From positions 191,408-255,407 of the forward strand of contig JANJXX010000001.1 of assembly GCA_024720975.1 (NCBI GenBank): a stretch of 64,000 nucleotides of DNA, given 5' to 3'. The position numbers were made by a program, and so were the translations under genes. This DNA comes from Thermoproteota archaeon (lineage in GTDB: Archaea; Asgardarchaeota; Njordarchaeia; Njordarchaeales; Panguiarchaeaceae). The notes beneath the pieces were generated by a model, which saw only the letters and a program-made list of their open reading frames with translations, had not been told where the DNA came from and did no database searches. Of this stretch, positions 60,197 to 64,000 are shown piece after piece (positions within the stretch are counted from its first letter, which is position 1; each line of letters opens with the position of its first letter).

Positions 60197-60955
60197 CTAT
60201 GGTAAAGATATTTCTGGGCGGTCTCTTCCAACGACTAGGATGTACCTAAGGCTCGTCGAAATTGTTTCTTCAGTTTGTGTTTTAATCATTGCCGTATGAT
60301 ACTTTCTCATAAGTTGCTTAGATATCTTGAGAATTTTGCCATGTTCACCTGCATGAGCTCCGCCTACTATGAGGCCATAGGCGCCTTCTTCTAGTTTGAA
60401 GTGATCGAGTATCTTTTGTTCAGGCAATGTTATTTTCAATGCATCCCAAGTTTTATATGTATCAAGTACCTTCTTTCTATCGTCTTCTTTACTCACCTTG
60501 AAGAGAATATTGCGACCATCCTCCAGATTTAACTGTATCCACCCATTGTTGACATAGCGCTTCCCAATAATTCTCACGATCTTTATATTTGCTTCTGTGG
60601 GGGCTATCTCGTGAAGAATTATTCTTCGCTTGTGTGGGAACACCCTCCAATATTTCTCAGCACCTTTTATGTACAGGACATCCATTATTCCCACTGGGAA
60701 TTTATAATCAGTAATCACGCGACCATCTACGTAGATAAGTCGCTGAGCTAAGATTTTACGAGCTTCTCGCAATGATTTAGCGTAATTCAAAATGTCCCGT
60801 AGAATCACTGCTATCGGAATTGAATATTCCATTGGATGCGGTCCGGGACTGGGGCGTATGGTATACTTACCATGTCGACGCTTTCTTGATATCGGAAAGA
60901 CCGGAGGGGCGGCCAGCCTTTTGATGTGACGAGTTCCACCTAGTTTCATGCACAA
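60197..60955 (-). CDS. rps4e: 30S ribosomal protein eS4
   Basis: HIKRLAAP, PSPGPH, VDGRV..DYKFPVGIMDV, DGRN, GG.H.G. Confidence 0.96.
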   Translation of the reverse strand: MCMKLGGTRHIKRLAAPPVFPISRKRRHGKYTIRPSPGPHPMEYSIPIAVILRDILNYAKSLREARKILAQRLIYVDGRVITDYKFPVGIMDVLYIKGAEKYWRVFPHKRRIILHEIAPTEANIKIVRIIGKRYVNNGWIQLNLEDGRNILFKVSKEDDRKKVLDTYKTWDALKITLPEQKILDHFKLEEGAYGLIVGGAHAGEHGKILKISKQLMRKYHTAMIKTQTEETISTSLRYILVVGRDRPEISLP

Positions 60956-60966
60956 ATCACCTCAGA

Positions 60967-61374
60967 CTACTCTGTTTTCGTAGCTTCTTCACTTTTAGAC
61001 ACTTTCTTCCTTTCTATCATCTCCTTCCTTCGTGAATCAGAGAGATCAAGCTCAATTATTTTAACATTCCACGGATATATTGGGTAATATCTGGTAGCTC
61101 CTCCAGCACGCTTGATAGTAACCCCTTCAACGTACACTCTAAGCTTCTTTGGAAGGAGTTCCACGACCTTGCCTACTACGCCTTTGAATCTGCCCTTTTG
61201 AATTATAACCGTATCTCCTTTCCTTATTGGAATCCTTTTTATGCCATACTTTTCCCTGGCCTCCTTGGTTAATGGTGCTACCATCATTTTGAGCCTCATA
61301 TGATGTGGAAGGTTGTATAAATATTTACGCATCTTTCTTGGCTGAGATGAAATTCTGGAATTTAGCTTCATCAA
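60967..61374 (-). CDS. rpl24: 50S ribosomal protein uL24
   Basis: SSQPRK.RK, PIRKGD.V....G.FKG, L.L.D..R. Confidence 0.95.
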   Translation of the reverse strand: MMKLNSRISSQPRKMRKYLYNLPHHMRLKMMVAPLTKEAREKYGIKRIPIRKGDTVIIQKGRFKGVVGKVVELLPKKLRVYVEGVTIKRAGGATRYYPIYPWNVKIIELDLSDSRRKEMIERKKVSKSEEATKTE

Positions 61375-61435
61375 TATCCCCAGCGACTATGCGAATTCAC
61401 ATGATTAAAATTTTTACTACAATAAAAGTAAAAGG

Positions 61436-61732
61436 TTATTCATCCAAAACCTCAAGCCAAGCCAACGGTATTAGCTGGTACTCACCAGTAGGCAAATAGC
61501 GACATATTGTTAGAGGAACTTTCTTCTTACTTATCTCCATTTTTGCGATCTGAATGGGATTCGATGAATCTATCATTTTCAATTCATCTTTCGAGAGGAA
61601 AGCGGGAGCTCCATATGCTATTTGAATGGCCCTAATGGCAACAAGTGTTGCGTATTCATATCTAGTGAGATGGGGTGGTCCAATAACGACGTGATTATCT
61701 GAAATTCGTTTCTTGAGGGCCATAAAAATCAC
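61436..61732 (-). CDS. rpoK: RNA polymerase subunit K (Rpo6)
   Basis: LTRYE.A.L...RA.QI..GAP, IA..E....PL.I.R.LP.G. Confidence 0.94.
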   Translation of the reverse strand: MIFMALKKRISDNHVVIGPPHLTRYEYATLVAIRAIQIAYGAPAFLSKDELKMIDSSNPIQIAKMEISKKKVPLTICRYLPTGEYQLIPLAWLEVLDE

Positions 61733-61736
61733 CTAG

Positions 61737-62483
61737 TTACTTCTTGAATCCTAGCTCATGAAGGTACTGTAAGATTTCATTGAATTTATCAGGAAGCCTT
61801 TCCTTAACGAAATTTAGTATGTCCTCCACTTCGCCACTACTTGCAAATTTACAGTATATTCTTAGTGCTTTTTTAAGTTCCCCAACGGCACGGTTAGTTT
61901 CACCCATCGTTACATATATTTCCGCAAGAAAGAGCAGTAACTCAGCGTATTGAGGATCATCACTTAAATTTGAATACTTTCCAACTAATTCAGTTAAAAC
62001 ACTTTCAACGCGTTTTATGTCAGTTTTTGCTATTTCTGGACCCCAGAGAATTAGGATGAATGCGATGTAGTATCTCAAAATGTCAAGTCTATTGTTACTT
62101 TCGAGCAGAAGCCTCTCAAAGTCACTGCGGATTCTTTCGAGCTCATCTAATAAGTCTCGCCCCTGTGCAAGTCCTAACTTTACCTTTTCCGATCTTAAGA
62201 TCAATTTATAGAGCGCATAGTCCGTTGAATTTTTGTCCTTGAGTTCCTCGTAGATTGAATCAAGCAATTCCATCGATTTATTCGAATCCCCAATTAGTGT
62301 ATAAGCCCTTGCAAGTTGAATGAAGGCAGCAGATTTCTTTTTTGGATCCTCAATGGAATCCGCCAACTCAAGAGCGGCATCTAATGTGTACTTAGCTTTC
62401 AGAATTTCGCCTTTCTTTGCCAACTCAATTGCATGACTAACAGCAATGACCAGTAGATTATAATTGGATAATTCGCTGCTCAC
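61737..62483 (-). CDS. TPR-like alpha-solenoid protein
   Basis: Helical repeats A...LA.AY...G and LAEIY..MG....A.....KAL. Confidence 0.7.
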   Translation of the reverse strand: MSSELSNYNLLVIAVSHAIELAKKGEILKAKYTLDAALELADSIEDPKKKSAAFIQLARAYTLIGDSNKSMELLDSIYEELKDKNSTDYALYKLILRSEKVKLGLAQGRDLLDELERIRSDFERLLLESNNRLDILRYYIAFILILWGPEIAKTDIKRVESVLTELVGKYSNLSDDPQYAELLLFLAEIYVTMGETNRAVGELKKALRIYCKFASSGEVEDILNFVKERLPDKFNEILQYLHELGFKK

Positions 62484-63015
62484 GCGTTATCACTTGATCC
62501 TCAGTTAATTCATAAATGACTATTTGAAGGCACCTATCCTCAATAGTTATTTTTCCCCACGTAGGAATTTCGTAGCCGCCCGCTCCTCCCCAGACACCAC
62601 AAACCGAGCCTGGATTTAATATAATTGCATCATGGTACGCAAGTATAGCAGGACTATGTGTATGACCAGTGATTATGACCCTGGCGGATCTTTTCCTTGC
62701 AATGCTTAATAATTGCTCGGGATCACCTCGGGGGTATATGCCGTGACCGTGGAATACACTAAACTTTATATCACCTATGGTGAAATCAGCCACCAATGGC
62801 AGTTTCATAGCGTCGCCCTCATCCATATTACCTCTCACGGCATAAACGTTTTTTGCTAGATGTCTTACAGAATCAAGCACGCTGTATATCACTAGATCGC
62901 CCGTTACGACCATTATATCAGGCCGCTCTTGTATAAGAAATTCGATAAATCTCTTTGGTAGCCTGTTTGATCGATAAGGAATATGAGAATCTCCCCAAAA
63001 AACTATCTTCGTCAA
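62458..63015 (-). CDS. Vps29/MJ0936-type metallophosphoesterase
   Basis: GDSHIP.R...LP, TGDL, VRGNMD, HGH.IYP.GD, GHTH, NPGS..G; start moved to TTG 63015 after GGTGG. Confidence 0.88.
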   Translation of the reverse strand: MTKIVFWGDSHIPYRSNRLPKRFIEFLIQERPDIMVVTGDLVIYSVLDSVRHLAKNVYAVRGNMDEGDAMKLPLVADFTIGDIKFSVFHGHGIYPRGDPEQLLSIARKRSARVIITGHTHSPAILAYHDAIILNPGSVCGVWGGAGGYEIPTWGKITIEDRCLQIVIYELTEDQVITREQRIIQL

Positions 63016-63062
63016 AATGTCCACCGGATGACTAGAAAAGTGAGAGTGATGAGTGAAAAATG

Positions 63063-63527
63063 CTATTGAGATTTGCCTTTGGGTGTCCATCCAAGTAATC
63101 TGCACAAGGCTTCGAGGTATATAAATTTGTATTTGCCAGATTGCGGATCTATCATAGCATCTCTAATTGTTATTTTCTGAACATTTTTAAATTCATCTGG
63201 AACGCCAATGTATACTTTAAGACGCCTGAATAATATTCTAGAACGTTTTCGCTTCCAATACGAAGGCAGCATCCCTCTTATTCTTCGCTTAAGAAATAGA
63301 TCCGGGCGGACATTGTGGAATGGCCCCCTTCTCGGATTGGTTAGAGTTCTCAGTTCCATCCAGCTTCTCCACTTTTCGATTATTCTCTTTGGTTCACCAA
63401 CGAAGACTGCCTTCTCTGCATTCACGATGATGACACTTTTATTTTCTAGGAGCATTTTTGCAACTCTAGTCGCCAATCGTCCAACTTTATGATTTGTCGC
63501 ATCTATGAACACTGTATCAATACTCAC
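63063..63527 (-). CDS. rpl13: 50S ribosomal protein uL13
   Basis: GRLA..VAK.LL, NAEK, GPFH..RPD, IRGMLP, LKVYIGVP. Confidence 0.96.
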   Translation of the reverse strand: MSIDTVFIDATNHKVGRLATRVAKMLLENKSVIIVNAEKAVFVGEPKRIIEKWRSWMELRTLTNPRRGPFHNVRPDLFLKRRIRGMLPSYWKRKRSRILFRRLKVYIGVPDEFKNVQKITIRDAMIDPQSGKYKFIYLEALCRLLGWTPKGKSQ

Positions 63528-63537
63528 AGCGGCTCAC

Positions 63538-63915
63538 CTATAGCAGAATTTTTACGTTAGAGCCTTTTGGATTTCTCTCAATGAGTTCTTTGATACTCAT
63601 TACCGTTCCTCCAGCATCAAGTATCTTCTTTTTTGCCGTGTCGCTAAATGCAAATGCTGCAACGTTAACCTTGTGTTTTAATATTCCTGCGCCTAAGACT
63701 TTTCCGGGGACTAATACTGTGTCTCCTTCCTGTGTGTATCTGGATATTTTCGAAATATTGACTTGCGCTCTTAGCCTGCGAGGCTTTCCTAGTAGTTCCG
63801 CGGCGCGTCTCCATATACTAGCTTCATTTTCTCTCGCTTTCTTCTTCAGGAATTTGATTAGTGCAAGTAGTTGAACATTGGTTATCCTTTCATATCTGCG
63901 AGTCACGATCATCAC
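63538..63915 (-). CDS. rpl18e: 50S ribosomal protein eL18
   Basis: IW...A..L..PRR....VN.SKI, VPGKVLG.G, FS..A..KI..AGG, NPKG. Confidence 0.96.
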   Translation of the reverse strand: MMIVTRRYERITNVQLLALIKFLKKKARENEASIWRRAAELLGKPRRLRAQVNISKISRYTQEGDTVLVPGKVLGAGILKHKVNVAAFAFSDTAKKKILDAGGTVMSIKELIERNPKGSNVKILL

Positions 63916-64000
63916 CGTGCCTTAGAGGTACTTTTGGATTTTATTCAAGATATAAATAGCTTTATTTGGCTTGTTTCTTGCAATCGAGAAATTACTTTGT

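Noticed and set aside
1-64000. CRISPR array, cas genes, rRNA, integrase/provirus, inteins
   Set aside because: No regularly spaced repeats or diagnostic motifs seen; RpoB and Lhr lengths leave no room for inteins

Overview
Gene-dense archaeal chromosomal window of mostly housekeeping genes. It includes rpoB, rpoK, secY, secE, spt5, nop5, fibrillarin, nop10, aIF2-beta, uL5/eS4/uL24/uL13/eL18, dys, rtcA, glmS, iorAB, XPB/XPF/Lhr and two intron-containing tRNAs. The usual archaeal operons are strongly fragmented. Several ORFs resemble eukaryotic signature proteins on manual comparison with remembered sequences: OSTC/DC2-like, CCDC47-like (PAT complex), ARPC4-like (Arp2/3), Vps29-like paired with an alpha-solenoid, a longin-like/winged-helix protein facing a cytoplasmic FG-GAP propeller, and a non-catalytic proteasome beta subunit. 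This suggests an Asgard or Asgard-adjacent, probably thermophilic, archaeon (inference). Features missing from the ORF track: a C/D-box sRNA with its own TATA box that probably guides 23S Gm2251, a tRNA-Arg(CCG) with a non-canonical 44/45 intron, an initiator tRNA-Met, and an internally deleted IS607 element retaining a structured right-end/omegaRNA-like region. The best candidates for a new system are (i) eukaryote-like translocon accessory genes (OSTC, CCDC47) clustered around secY and (ii) a chromosomal ParM-like actin with a possible RHH partner next to secE-spt5. No CRISPR array or rRNA was seen. No database search was run; all family calls come from motifs read by eye.
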